A stretch of DNA of 64,000 nt from Thecamonas trahens ATCC 50062. Lineage: Eukaryota > Protista > Apusomonadida. Location of the stretch: assembly GCF_000142905.1 (NCBI RefSeq), contig NW_013657674.1:567278-631277 (forward strand), given 5' to 3'. A model generated the notes under the pieces. It searched no databases, was not told the origin of the DNA, and saw only the letters and a list, made by a program, of their open reading frames with translations. Made by a program: the position numbers and the translations under genes. Within the stretch, counting starts at the first letter, position 1. Each line of letters opens with the position of its first letter. Shown here piece after piece: positions 11,318 through 20,219 of this stretch.

Positions 11318-11857
11318 CTACGAGAGGGCAAAGAGAACGCCGGCAGCGGCGGAGAAGACCGAGGCGATGACGTCAAACGAGAAGGAGAAGCCCGGTGAGA
11401 GGTCGCCGAGCGGGGTCTCGAGCTGCGAGTTGTTGACGTGGAGCACAATGGAGGCATACAGCAGCCAGGCCAAGGTTGTGAAGAAGCAGAAAACAAAGGC
11501 GCCGAGCATGGAAATGAGCTTAGACTTGCTGCCGATGCCGAGGGCGAGCGGGAAGGACATGACCACAGCGGCCGCGCCCGGTACAAGGGCCAAGAACAGC
11601 ATGGAGAACGAGGCCTTGCCACCCGACGACACCGAACCGCCGTGGAACTGCTCCAGCGGGGAGCCGGTTCCGGACTTCTTGCCATTGTGGATGATAGAGC
11701 ACGCGCCGCCGCCGCCCGATCCGCTCGGGCACATCCAGAGCAGGCCCAGGAAGACCGACGAAGCGCCGTGCGGCTGATGGAGGACGGCCCAGTTGATGGT
11801 GCCTGCCGCGACGAGGGCAAACAGGAATGCAAACTGTAGGGAGATGATGAGCGGCAT
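11318..11857 (-). CDS. Claudin/PMP22-superfamily four-TM protein
   Basis: TM1 then W...GLLWMC...C (W-GLW-C-C signature), three more hydrophobic segments, GFSF before TM4. Confidence 0.7.
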   Translation of the reverse strand: MPLIISLQFAFLFALVAAGTINWAVLHQPHGASSVFLGLLWMCPSGSGGGGACSIIHNGKKSGTGSPLEQFHGGSVSSGGKASFSMLFLALVPGAAAVVMSFPLALGIGSKSKLISMLGAFVFCFFTTLAWLLYASIVLHVNNSQLETPLGDLSPGFSFSFDVIASVFSAAAGVLFALS

Positions 11858-11877
11858 GAGTAGACAACCAGCATAGC

Positions 11878-12110
11878 GTTGACGATCAGCATGGCGTTGA
11901 CGATCAGCAAGGGGTCGACGATCAGCAATGGGTGGACGATCAGCAAGGGGTCGACGATCAGCAATGGGTGGACGATCAGCAAGGGGTGACGATCAGCAAT
12001 GGGTGGACGACCAGCAAGGGGTGGACGACCAGCACGGGGTTGACGATCAGCAAGGGGTCGACGATCAGCAAGGGGTGGACGACCAGCGAGGGGTCAATGA
12101 CCAGCACGGC
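11878..12110. repeat. 18-bp minisatellite (gacgatcagcaaggggtc and variants), ~13 copies, just upstream of the claudin-like ATG
   Basis: Directly visible tandem units; one unit near 11987 is 1 nt short. Confidence 0.9.
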
Positions 12111-12647
12111 CAGCAGCGCAGAAGGATGAGCAGAAGAGAGCGATAGTGGGGAGCAGGCGATGGCGGGCAGCAGCACAGGTCGGCGAGCATTCAGCATGAG
12201 AGAGCGGAAGGGTACCAGCATGCGATGGCGGGCAGACAGCAGTCCATGGGTGAGTCATGCAGGGGAGGGAGTGACGACGGTGGTCTTTCTTGCATCCCCC
12301 GGGGCTGCGAGGCTGTGAGGGAGAGGGGCCACAAGCGGGAGCAGAAGACGTACCAACATGAGAAAAGCGCCAACGAGGGCCTTTGTCTTGACAGCCATGA
12401 TGCAGGTGCTGGTCGAGATGGGTGAAGTGAGGTCCTCATAACCGCTCTTTCTCCATAGCCCTCTTCGTGAGGTTGGGCGGGGAAGAGGGGGAAAAAGGCG
12501 GTAGTGTGCGTGCGCACGTGCGATTCGCAGCTTACCCCACGCCTACACTCCCAACCGCACACCGCACACACGCACGCGCCACGGTCCCACACACCCCGAC
12601 ACCTCTCGCTATTGATGGACCCTACTTTGACAGACCCTCTTCCGAAC

Positions 12648-13454
12648 ATGGCATCCACTACTGCGACTGAGCCCGGCACTGACGGTCGTCTGGCCCCCAA
12701 TGGCGTACGTGTGGACGAGCGAGTTTGATCACGAGCTGATCGCGATCCACGCCTGCGAACATGACGACGAGCACTCACCGCCCTTCCCCTCGTACAGAAC
12801 TATGGCGCCAGTGACGCGACGCCGGCAGTGGTCGCGGTCAATGTGTCGGCAACCAAGGAAAATGCACCGTTGCTTGCCGGAGGTGCGGCCAGCCAGGCTG
12901 AGAACGGACAGACCGCAGCGGTAGCGACGACAGGCAGCCACGGTGGGCGGTCGGCCGGATCGGGCAGCGAGGGCGAGGCCGTGCTCGGCGTGGCGCCCAA
13001 GGTTGCGCTTGCCTCGCTGTACACCTTTGCGGTCCTTGTTGCGCACTTTTTCCTGGCGACGACAGGCATCCTGCTGATGAAGGAGTCATACTCGCTCCCG
13101 TACAACGCGGGCTACTTTTACTTTACGCTGGCATTTGTTGCCGGTGCGCTGGCCATTCCGATCTTGCTTGTGGTCTCGATGAAGGCGTCGGGCGAGGTGA
13201 CATGCCATCCGGGCGAGTACTCGTGGATCATGCTTGGCCGGCTGGTGACGCTCGCACTGTACGTGCTCTCGCTCGGCTATGGTGGCTACTTTGTGCTCTC
13301 TGTCACTGGCTCGGGCTGCGCCACCAACATCCAAGCGTGCGGAACGAGTACCAAGGATCTGGTTCAGTACATGGTGTACTTTATGCTCTGCGGCGTGCTC
13401 GCCATCTGGGACGCATGCTTCAGCTCGCGCTACCGCGGGCGCAACCCGTACTAA
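12648..13454 (+). CDS. Hypothetical four-TM membrane protein; intron 12705-12797
   Basis: Exon 1 MASTTATEPGTDGRLAPNG is in frame with the 12828 ORF; a 93-nt GTACGT...CTCAC...pyrimidine tract...CAG intron removes two in-frame stops; four hydrophobic helices. Confidence 0.7.
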
Positions 13455-13473
13455 AACGCCACCGTTGCTGCCG

Positions 13474-14229
13474 CTAGAACATGGTGATGAGGGCAAAGGT
13501 CGAAAAGTGGAGCAGGATCGGGTAAAAGACAAGCCATCGCTGCTGGCGCATGGCGAGACGGGCGACAAACATCGACGACGCCGAGTGTGTGCACCAAGCG
13601 ACGACGAGCGCCGAGAGCGCCATGCCAACCCACGACGAGAGTTCGACAACCAGGGCGGCCGCCGAGAGGCCGACAATGGGCAGGAGGCAATAGCCGAGGA
13701 CAGAGGCCACCAGATACACCGAGACGCCCGACTCGGACATCATATTGAGGAGGAGAAAGATGGCGGCGCAGCCGGCCGAGCCCACGCCGTAGATGATGTT
13801 GAAGTGAACCTTACCGGCCATGAGGAGGAAGAAGCCGAGGAGGGCGGCAAAGACAATCGGCCCAGCTAGATCGTAGTCATCCATCACCCGCGCCAGCTCA
13901 GCGTCGTCCACCCGCAGCGGATGAAGGACGGCAAGCGACTTGGACTTGATGTCGCCAAAGTCGATGCCCAGCTCCTCGAGCAATGGCGGCTCATCGTCAA
14001 ACGAGCCTGTGAGGATGGAGCCGCCCGATCGGGGCAAACTCCCCATCCCAGCCTCACCACTAAAGCCACTACTCATACGACCACCAGGACCACCACCACT
14101 CCCACCTCCTTGTCCTCCACTACCTCCGCCAATGCCCGGCGAGTACTCCTCGCCGCCGTCTTCATACCCAAACGAGAGCATGCCGTCCTCGTCCCCCGCC
14201 GGCGCATTGTCAAACGCCACGTTCAGCAT
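13474..14229 (-). CDS. YIP1: Yip1-domain Golgi/ER membrane protein (YIPF5/7-like)
   Basis: FDDEPPLLEELGIDF, DLAGPIVF, GKVHFNIIYG, SVLGYCLLP, QRWLVFYP motifs. Confidence 0.92.
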   Translation of the reverse strand: MLNVAFDNAPAGDEDGMLSFGYEDGGEEYSPGIGGGSGGQGGGSGGGPGGRMSSGFSGEAGMGSLPRSGGSILTGSFDDEPPLLEELGIDFGDIKSKSLAVLHPLRVDDAELARVMDDYDLAGPIVFAALLGFFLLMAGKVHFNIIYGVGSAGCAAIFLLLNMMSESGVSVYLVASVLGYCLLPIVGLSAAALVVELSSWVGMALSALVVAWCTHSASSMFVARLAMRQQRWLVFYPILLHFSTFALITMF

Positions 14230-14638
14230 GACCCTGTCGAGCAAGACCAGCCAGTTGTATATGTATACAGAGTGGGGGAGATGGGGGAGGGGGAGGTGTT
14301 TGGGGAGGGGNNNNNNNNNNNNNNNNNNNNNNNNNNNNNNNNNNNNNNNNNNNNNNNNNNNNNNNNNNNNNNNNNNNNNNNNNNNNNNNNNNNNNNNNNN
14401 NNNNNNNNNNNNNNNNNNNNNNNNNNNNNNNNNNNNNNNNNNNNNNNNNNNNNNNNNNNNNNNNNNNNNNNNNNNNNNNNNNNNNNNNNNNNNNNNNNNN
14501 NNNNNNNNNNNNNNNNNNNNNNNNNNNNNNNNNNNNNNNNNNNNNNNNNNNNNNNNNNNNNNNNNNNNNNNNNCCCCCCCTCCCCCCCCCCCTCCCCACA
14601 CACACACGCATACAGCATACACACCACTACTCCCTCTC

Positions 14639-17149
14639 ATGCCTTCCTTGTCCAGCTCACCTGTTGTCCGTGTTGCAGCTGTGGGCAGCTTCCGAGTGTA
14701 TCGGACCCAAAAGTGGCCACTGTTTGTGGCACTTTGCACAGCTCTCGTTACCCTTCCGGTGGCACTCTTTGCCCTCTTTGCCTCTGCCAGTACCACATCA
14801 TCATGTGATGGTCTGATGGACAATTATTTGTTTGTCACTGGTGTTGGCCTCGGTCTCTTGGCTTTGATCTCTGCCATCGATGTGTACATGGCCGAAGCTG
14901 GAAGAGCTGTTCTTCGTACTCTCCATGCTGTCCAGCTCGAGGAGACCATGATGATGGCAGCCGCGGCGGCTCAGGCTTCGGCGGCTTGGGTCGGCCTCAT
15001 GCGATTTCCCATGGTCCTTGTTCATCTCGTGCGCGAGCTCATCAAAGTCGCCATTCCGCCCGCTGTCCTTGTCGGCATCTGGCTCATCCGCAGGTGTGGG
15101 GAGCCGCCTGCCGGCGCTGTTCGCACCGACCCTGTGGTCGAGCATGCCGTCGTCGCCGTCGTCGCCTACGGCATCGTCGCTTGTCTAGTTCACGCTGCGG
15201 CAGAAGCCGTCTCGGCACTCAGGATCGGTCCATACTGGCACTCGGACGTCCACATGGCGACGCTTAAGAAAGCGCTCCTCGACGCCGCCACCCTTGCCTC
15301 GGCCTGCCGCGAGGGGCCCGAGCACACACTCCGGCCCGAGGCGCGGGCGGCAGCCATTCCGTTTGCCGACGACAACGAGGCCGGGCGTGGAAGCGGGAGC
15401 GTGACTACGTCGCGCGACCCGACGCTCATCGGCATCCAGCACACGTTTGTGACCTCGACGGTCAAGGGCGTCTCGTTCTGCAACGTCTGCACCAAGGCTG
15501 TCCGTGGCCTCGGCGCGTCGGGTCTCGAGTGCTCGTGCTGCGGTTACGTGGTCCACGCCAAGTGTGTGGCCGACGCCGACGCACGGTGCAAGGTGTACGT
15601 GGCGCACGCGCACATCGATGCCTCGCTCACCGGCGCGGGCTCGTCCGAGGTCCTCGCCCTGCCCGACGGCACTAACGCGCCGCTGGAGCACCTGTGGGTG
15701 GCGGGCAACTGCCCCGGGCGAGTCCCATCGACCTGCATGGTGTGTTACAAGTCGACGGCGTCAGCGCGCGGGCTCAAGCACTACCGCTGCGCCTGGTGCC
15801 AGGCAACGGTCCACGAGAGCCACCTCGCCGACGCTCCACGGAGCTGCTCTCTCGGCATCCACGCGCCGCTCATTGTGCCACCGGGCGCAGTCGGGCTCGA
15901 GACCGATAACGCCGGCGAGGTCAAGTACGTCATGCGGCCGGTTGCCGGCGCCCGCCCACTGCTGGTGTTCATCAATCCCAAGGCTGGCGGGCGCCAGGGT
16001 GAGGCTCTCTTCCCGGTCTTTCAGCAGCTGCTCAATCCGGCACAGGTCTTCGACCTGATGAAGGGCGGCCCGGCGCCAGGCCTCCGCGCCTTCCGCGGCT
16101 GCACCAACTTTCAGATTGTGTGCGCCGGCGGCGACGGGACCGTCGGCTGGATCATGCAAGAAGTCGACAAGGCCGAGCTCGGGGGCTACGTCCCGCCCAT
16201 TGCAGTCATTCCGCTGGGAACCGGCAACGACCTCGCGCGCTCGCTCGGGTGGGGTGGTGGCTACGAGGGTGAGGATGTTCACGACATTCTCGTCGAGATG
16301 GCGCACGGCCGCATCTACCCGCTCGATCGGTGGCAGCTCTCAGTGGCCGGTGTTGACGGCTCGGGCTCGGACGAGTCGGCGGCTGGCGCCGTCGCCTCGC
16401 ACAACACCTCTTCGGTCCTCAACAATTACTTTTCCATCGGCCTCGACTCCAAGCTCGCACTCCAGTTCCATACCGCCCGCGAGGCCAACCCGGGCAAGTT
16501 CTCGTCGCGGCTGTACAACAAGTACTACTACGGCAAGGTCGGCTCCAAGCAGCTCCTCACCGGGTGCGGCGAGACCCTGCTCGCCCAAGTCATTACCCTC
16601 ACCGTCGATGGCCGCCAGATCGACCTCGGCAAGGCGCAAGGCCTCATGGTCCTCAACCTGCCGTCGTACGCCGCAGGCTGCAACTTTTGGGGCTCGTCAC
16701 CGCGTGCGCCGTGGAAAGTCGCCGCCACCGACGACGGCCTCCTTGAGGTCGTTGCCATCACCTCGGCTTTCCACCTCTCGCGCTGCGCGTCCAAGAAGCG
16801 CTGGGTCGGCGCCCCGATCCGCCTCGCCCAGGGCGCCTCGATCGTCATCGACCGCCTCCCGGACGCGCCGCCGCTGCCCATGCAGGTCGACGGTGAGCCG
16901 TGGGCCCAGGACTTTACCTCACTCGACATCTCGTTCCTCAACCAGGCCCACATGCTCACCCACCCCGAGCGGGCCATCGTTGTCGCCCAAGAGATCGTCG
17001 TCGAAGACGCCGCAACCAGAGCTTCAGGGCCGCCGCAGCCTCGCCGCCCGGCTACTGCTCCCGCACCGCAGCCGCCTGCCGAAGACGACGACCACTCGTA
17101 CGACTACGCATACGAATCGTACGAGTCGGTCGGCGATGCCCGAGTGTGA
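14639..17149 (+). CDS. Diacylglycerol kinase with N-terminal multi-TM region, two C1 domains, catalytic and accessory domains
   Basis: Two HxnCxxC...CxxC...H...C C1 domains; PLLVFINPKAGG, AGGDGTVGW, PLGTGNDLAR, NNYFSIG, QVDGEPW. Confidence 0.93.
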   Translation: MPSLSSSPVVRVAAVGSFRVYRTQKWPLFVALCTALVTLPVALFALFASASTTSSCDGLMDNYLFVTGVGLGLLALISAIDVYMAEAGRAVLRTLHAVQLEETMMMAAAAAQASAAWVGLMRFPMVLVHLVRELIKVAIPPAVLVGIWLIRRCGEPPAGAVRTDPVVEHAVVAVVAYGIVACLVHAAAEAVSALRIGPYWHSDVHMATLKKALLDAATLASACREGPEHTLRPEARAAAIPFADDNEAGRGSGSVTTSRDPTLIGIQHTFVTSTVKGVSFCNVCTKAVRGLGASGLECSCCGYVVHAKCVADADARCKVYVAHAHIDASLTGAGSSEVLALPDGTNAPLEHLWVAGNCPGRVPSTCMVCYKSTASARGLKHYRCAWCQATVHESHLADAPRSCSLGIHAPLIVPPGAVGLETDNAGEVKYVMRPVAGARPLLVFINPKAGGRQGEALFPVFQQLLNPAQVFDLMKGGPAPGLRAFRGCTNFQIVCAGGDGTVGWIMQEVDKAELGGYVPPIAVIPLGTGNDLARSLGWGGGYEGEDVHDILVEMAHGRIYPLDRWQLSVAGVDGSGSDESAAGAVASHNTSSVLNNYFSIGLDSKLALQFHTAREANPGKFSSRLYNKYYYGKVGSKQLLTGCGETLLAQVITLTVDGRQIDLGKAQGLMVLNLPSYAAGCNFWGSSPRAPWKVAATDDGLLEVVAITSAFHLSRCASKKRWVGAPIRLAQGASIVIDRLPDAPPLPMQVDGEPWAQDFTSLDISFLNQAHMLTHPERAIVVAQEIVVEDAATRASGPPQPRRPATAPAPQPPAEDDDHSYDYAYESYESVGDARV

Positions 17150-17606
17150 CGCTGTTGGCAGGTTGTCAATGGCAGGAAAGTGACACACAAACGTTCACCT
17201 GTCAACAGCACTACTCCACCACCACCACCACCACCACCACCACCACTTTCCAACCCACACGCTGCACCTACCACCCATCAGGCGTGCAGATTCCCTTCCC
17301 GCCACATCGACTTGCATACAATCAGTTAACCCCACTTACCCGCCTATGTGTAGGTGTGGGTGTCACGGAGGGGGAGGAGCCTACCATTTACCGAGAAAAA
17401 ATAGTCGCCGCTGACCAACAAACGCTTTTTCCCGCGTTTGCCAGCTGTTCTTTGCCCGCACAAGGATTTGTGACACTCCAACACACCTCACTCACACCTC
17501 ACACACCCTCACACACCCCTCCAGCCCCCCTCCTCCCCACTGACAGGCAAAGGTATACCTTTGCATACCTCCTCTCTCTCCCTCCCTCCCGTAGTCAACG
17601 TACGAC

Positions 17607-20162
17607 ATGAGTGGTGATCCGTCCGAGTACTCAGTGGTGGCGGAAGCGCTGAAAAGGTTCGGTCGACCCGAGCTGCTCTCTCTGGCCAAAGTAGCCGAAC
17701 TGCGGAATGATGTACTTCCGCTCATCACCGCCGAACAACTCGCTTCGCTCGCTGGCCTTCCTCTCGGTGTCGCCGTGCACATTGTTGCCTCTGTCGCCTC
17801 ATCGACTGCCGCTGGCGCCTCGACGACGGCTGGCGCTACGGCGGCGGCTGGCAAGTCGGACTCGTCATTGCCCTCGCTCTCCCGCAGCGTCTCGCGGCAG
17901 ATGACCGAGCGGTTCACGGTAGAGGTGGCGACTGGGCGTGTCGAGTTGGCGGCCGAGGAAAGCGATGGAAAGTCGTCGCTGCCGCAGCTGTGGACGTCTG
18001 GGCGCAACCATGCTGTGGTGCGGGTGAACGCCGCAGCGTTGGAGATGCTCGGCGCAGGCGGCGTGGACGAGCTCGAGGGTAAGGTCCTCGCAGATCTGGT
18101 GCCGCCCGAGTATGGCCATGCGCTGGTGCTGATGCAAGAAGGCTTGCAGCGTGTAGAGGGCGTGTATGGGCCGGTGCGGATCGAGGTGGCGGTGGGCAGC
18201 GAGTCGCGTCGGTTCATGGAGCACTCGGCCATTGCCATGGACGACGCCACGGCCATGCACCTGTTCAACCCGGTCGATGTAGGATCGGGCAGCGAGTCGG
18301 GCACGGCGGCGGCGGCGGTGCAGGACGAGCAGACCGCGCGGCTCCTTCTGGATGTCTTCTCGCGGGCAGGCAACGTGCACGACAAGACCGAGCGCGGGCT
18401 AGAGATTGTGGGCCGGCGGCTGGGAGTAGACATGGCTATTTTCTCGCGCGTTGTTGACGAGGTCTACGAGGTCATGGCCAACTGGGATGCGTCGGGCGGG
18501 CTCAAGGACGGCATGACGTTCCCGCTCGGCAACACGTACTGCTCGATCACGCTCGCGACGGCGTCGCAGGTCTCGATTCCGGTCTGGTCGTCGTCGCCGT
18601 ACCGGATGCACCCGTGCTTTGAGGCCTTTCAACTCGAAGCGTACATCGGAACGCCTGTCGAGTCGCAAGGCAAGACGTTCGGCACAGTCAACTTTACCTC
18701 CAAGTCTCCGCGAGCTGTGCCGTTTACCGAAGGCGAGCGGTACGTGGTCAAGCTGCTGGCGATGCTTGTGGGGCGGGCGCTCGACGAGGCCGCGCTCGAC
18801 CAGGCGCTGGCGGACCTCGCAGCTCTCAACGACTCGCTCGACCTCAAGGTCCAGGAGCGGACGGCGGCGCTCGAGGTGATGGCCGCCAAGGCGCGCGAGG
18901 CGTCCGAGGCCAAGTCGCACTTTCTGGGCGTCGTCTCGCACGAAATTCGCACTCCGCTCCATGGCATGTCGGCCATGATCGACTTTCTCCACGACACGCA
19001 GCTCGACGAGACCCAGACCCAGTTTGTGGACACGGCGCGATCCGAGGTGGCCAACCTCCGGACGCTTGTCGAGTCGATCCTCACCTTTACCCGTGCGTCG
19101 GACCCTGCGCGCGAGCTCGAACGCGGCCAGCTGGCGCTCGGCGAGGTTGTCCGCTTCAAGCCGGGCGAGATGCTGGAGCAGGCCGTCCGTGTGCTCGAGC
19201 CCAAGGCTGCAGAGGTCAATGTCCAGCTTCGGCTGGAGCTCGGGCGTGCGCTGAAGGCCGGGAAGGATGTTGCGCAGGCGCGCGGTGCGCTCTCGCGGAT
19301 TTGTCTCAACCTTGTGGAGAACGGTATCAAGTACCGCCGCAAGTCGGGCGTCGAGCCGTTTGTGACCATTTCTGGCGGCCTCAAAGCGGGCAAGGACGGC
19401 CAGCCCCAGCTGGTTATTCAGGTCCACGACAACGGCGTTGGCATGTCGCAAGCGGTCAAGGACACGGCCTTTGAGCCGTTTTCGCAAGGCCGTATGGACC
19501 ACCAACGCGAGTACGGCGGCCTTGGCCTCGGCCTCTCGATCGTCAAGCAGCTGGCAGACGCCATGGGCGGCAGCATCGAGCTCATCTCGGACGTTGGCTT
19601 GGGCACAACGGTGACCGTCACTGTGCCGGCGCAGGCCGAGAACTCTAACCCAGACGCCAATGAGCACGATCTTCGCAACATCAGCGCGATCGACTTTACC
19701 GACTTGGATGCCTCGACCGAGCAGACCGACGAAGACGAGGGTGATGGCAGCGCGTCGCCAGCGGCCGTCGGCTCGGACGGCAAGCCGCTACTCAAAGTGC
19801 TGATGGTCGATGACGTGCTGACCAACCGGCTCATTGTCTCGCGGATGCTCATGCTCTACCCGGACGCCTCGTGCGACGTTATGGAGGCTGTCGATGGCAC
19901 CAAGGCGCTCAAGCAGATCCGCGCCCTCTTGCCCTCTGTCTACGACGTCATCCTCATGGACGTTTCCATGCCGCTCATGAACGGCCTCGACGCCACTCGC
20001 CACATCCGCGAAATCCCCGAGTACGCTGACGTGCCGATCATCGGCGTCTCAGCTGCCGCCGCCGAGAAGGAATGTCTCGAGGCCGGCATGACGTTCTTCC
20101 TTGCCAAGCCGTTCTCGCATGAGGTCTTTGCCGCAGTTCTCCGCGCAAACGTGCGAAGGTGA
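17607..20162 (+). CDS. Cytoplasmic hybrid histidine kinase: SAM-like, PAS-like, GAF, HisKA, HATPase, receiver
   Basis: H-box SHEIRTPL, N-box NLVENGIKY, DNGVGM, FEPFSQ, GGLGLGL; receiver VDD...LMDVSMP..NG...KPF; GAF ..YC..T...HP...AYIGTPV...FGTVNF. Confidence 0.93.
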   Translation: MSGDPSEYSVVAEALKRFGRPELLSLAKVAELRNDVLPLITAEQLASLAGLPLGVAVHIVASVASSTAAGASTTAGATAAAGKSDSSLPSLSRSVSRQMTERFTVEVATGRVELAAEESDGKSSLPQLWTSGRNHAVVRVNAAALEMLGAGGVDELEGKVLADLVPPEYGHALVLMQEGLQRVEGVYGPVRIEVAVGSESRRFMEHSAIAMDDATAMHLFNPVDVGSGSESGTAAAAVQDEQTARLLLDVFSRAGNVHDKTERGLEIVGRRLGVDMAIFSRVVDEVYEVMANWDASGGLKDGMTFPLGNTYCSITLATASQVSIPVWSSSPYRMHPCFEAFQLEAYIGTPVESQGKTFGTVNFTSKSPRAVPFTEGERYVVKLLAMLVGRALDEAALDQALADLAALNDSLDLKVQERTAALEVMAAKAREASEAKSHFLGVVSHEIRTPLHGMSAMIDFLHDTQLDETQTQFVDTARSEVANLRTLVESILTFTRASDPARELERGQLALGEVVRFKPGEMLEQAVRVLEPKAAEVNVQLRLELGRALKAGKDVAQARGALSRICLNLVENGIKYRRKSGVEPFVTISGGLKAGKDGQPQLVIQVHDNGVGMSQAVKDTAFEPFSQGRMDHQREYGGLGLGLSIVKQLADAMGGSIELISDVGLGTTVTVTVPAQAENSNPDANEHDLRNISAIDFTDLDASTEQTDEDEGDGSASPAAVGSDGKPLLKVLMVDDVLTNRLIVSRMLMLYPDASCDVMEAVDGTKALKQIRALLPSVYDVILMDVSMPLMNGLDATRHIREIPEYADVPIIGVSAAAAEKECLEAGMTFFLAKPFSHEVFAAVLRANVRR

Positions 20163-20219
20163 TGAAGCCAACCGCCCCCTCCCGCCACGTGTCTTTGCTG
20201 TGCTTTTTCATTCATTATT

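Noticed and set aside
13474-17149. Overlapping 449-aa and 1069-aa ORFs spanning the gap
   Set aside because: Artefact of reading through Ns; these are two divergent genes (Yip1 and DGK).
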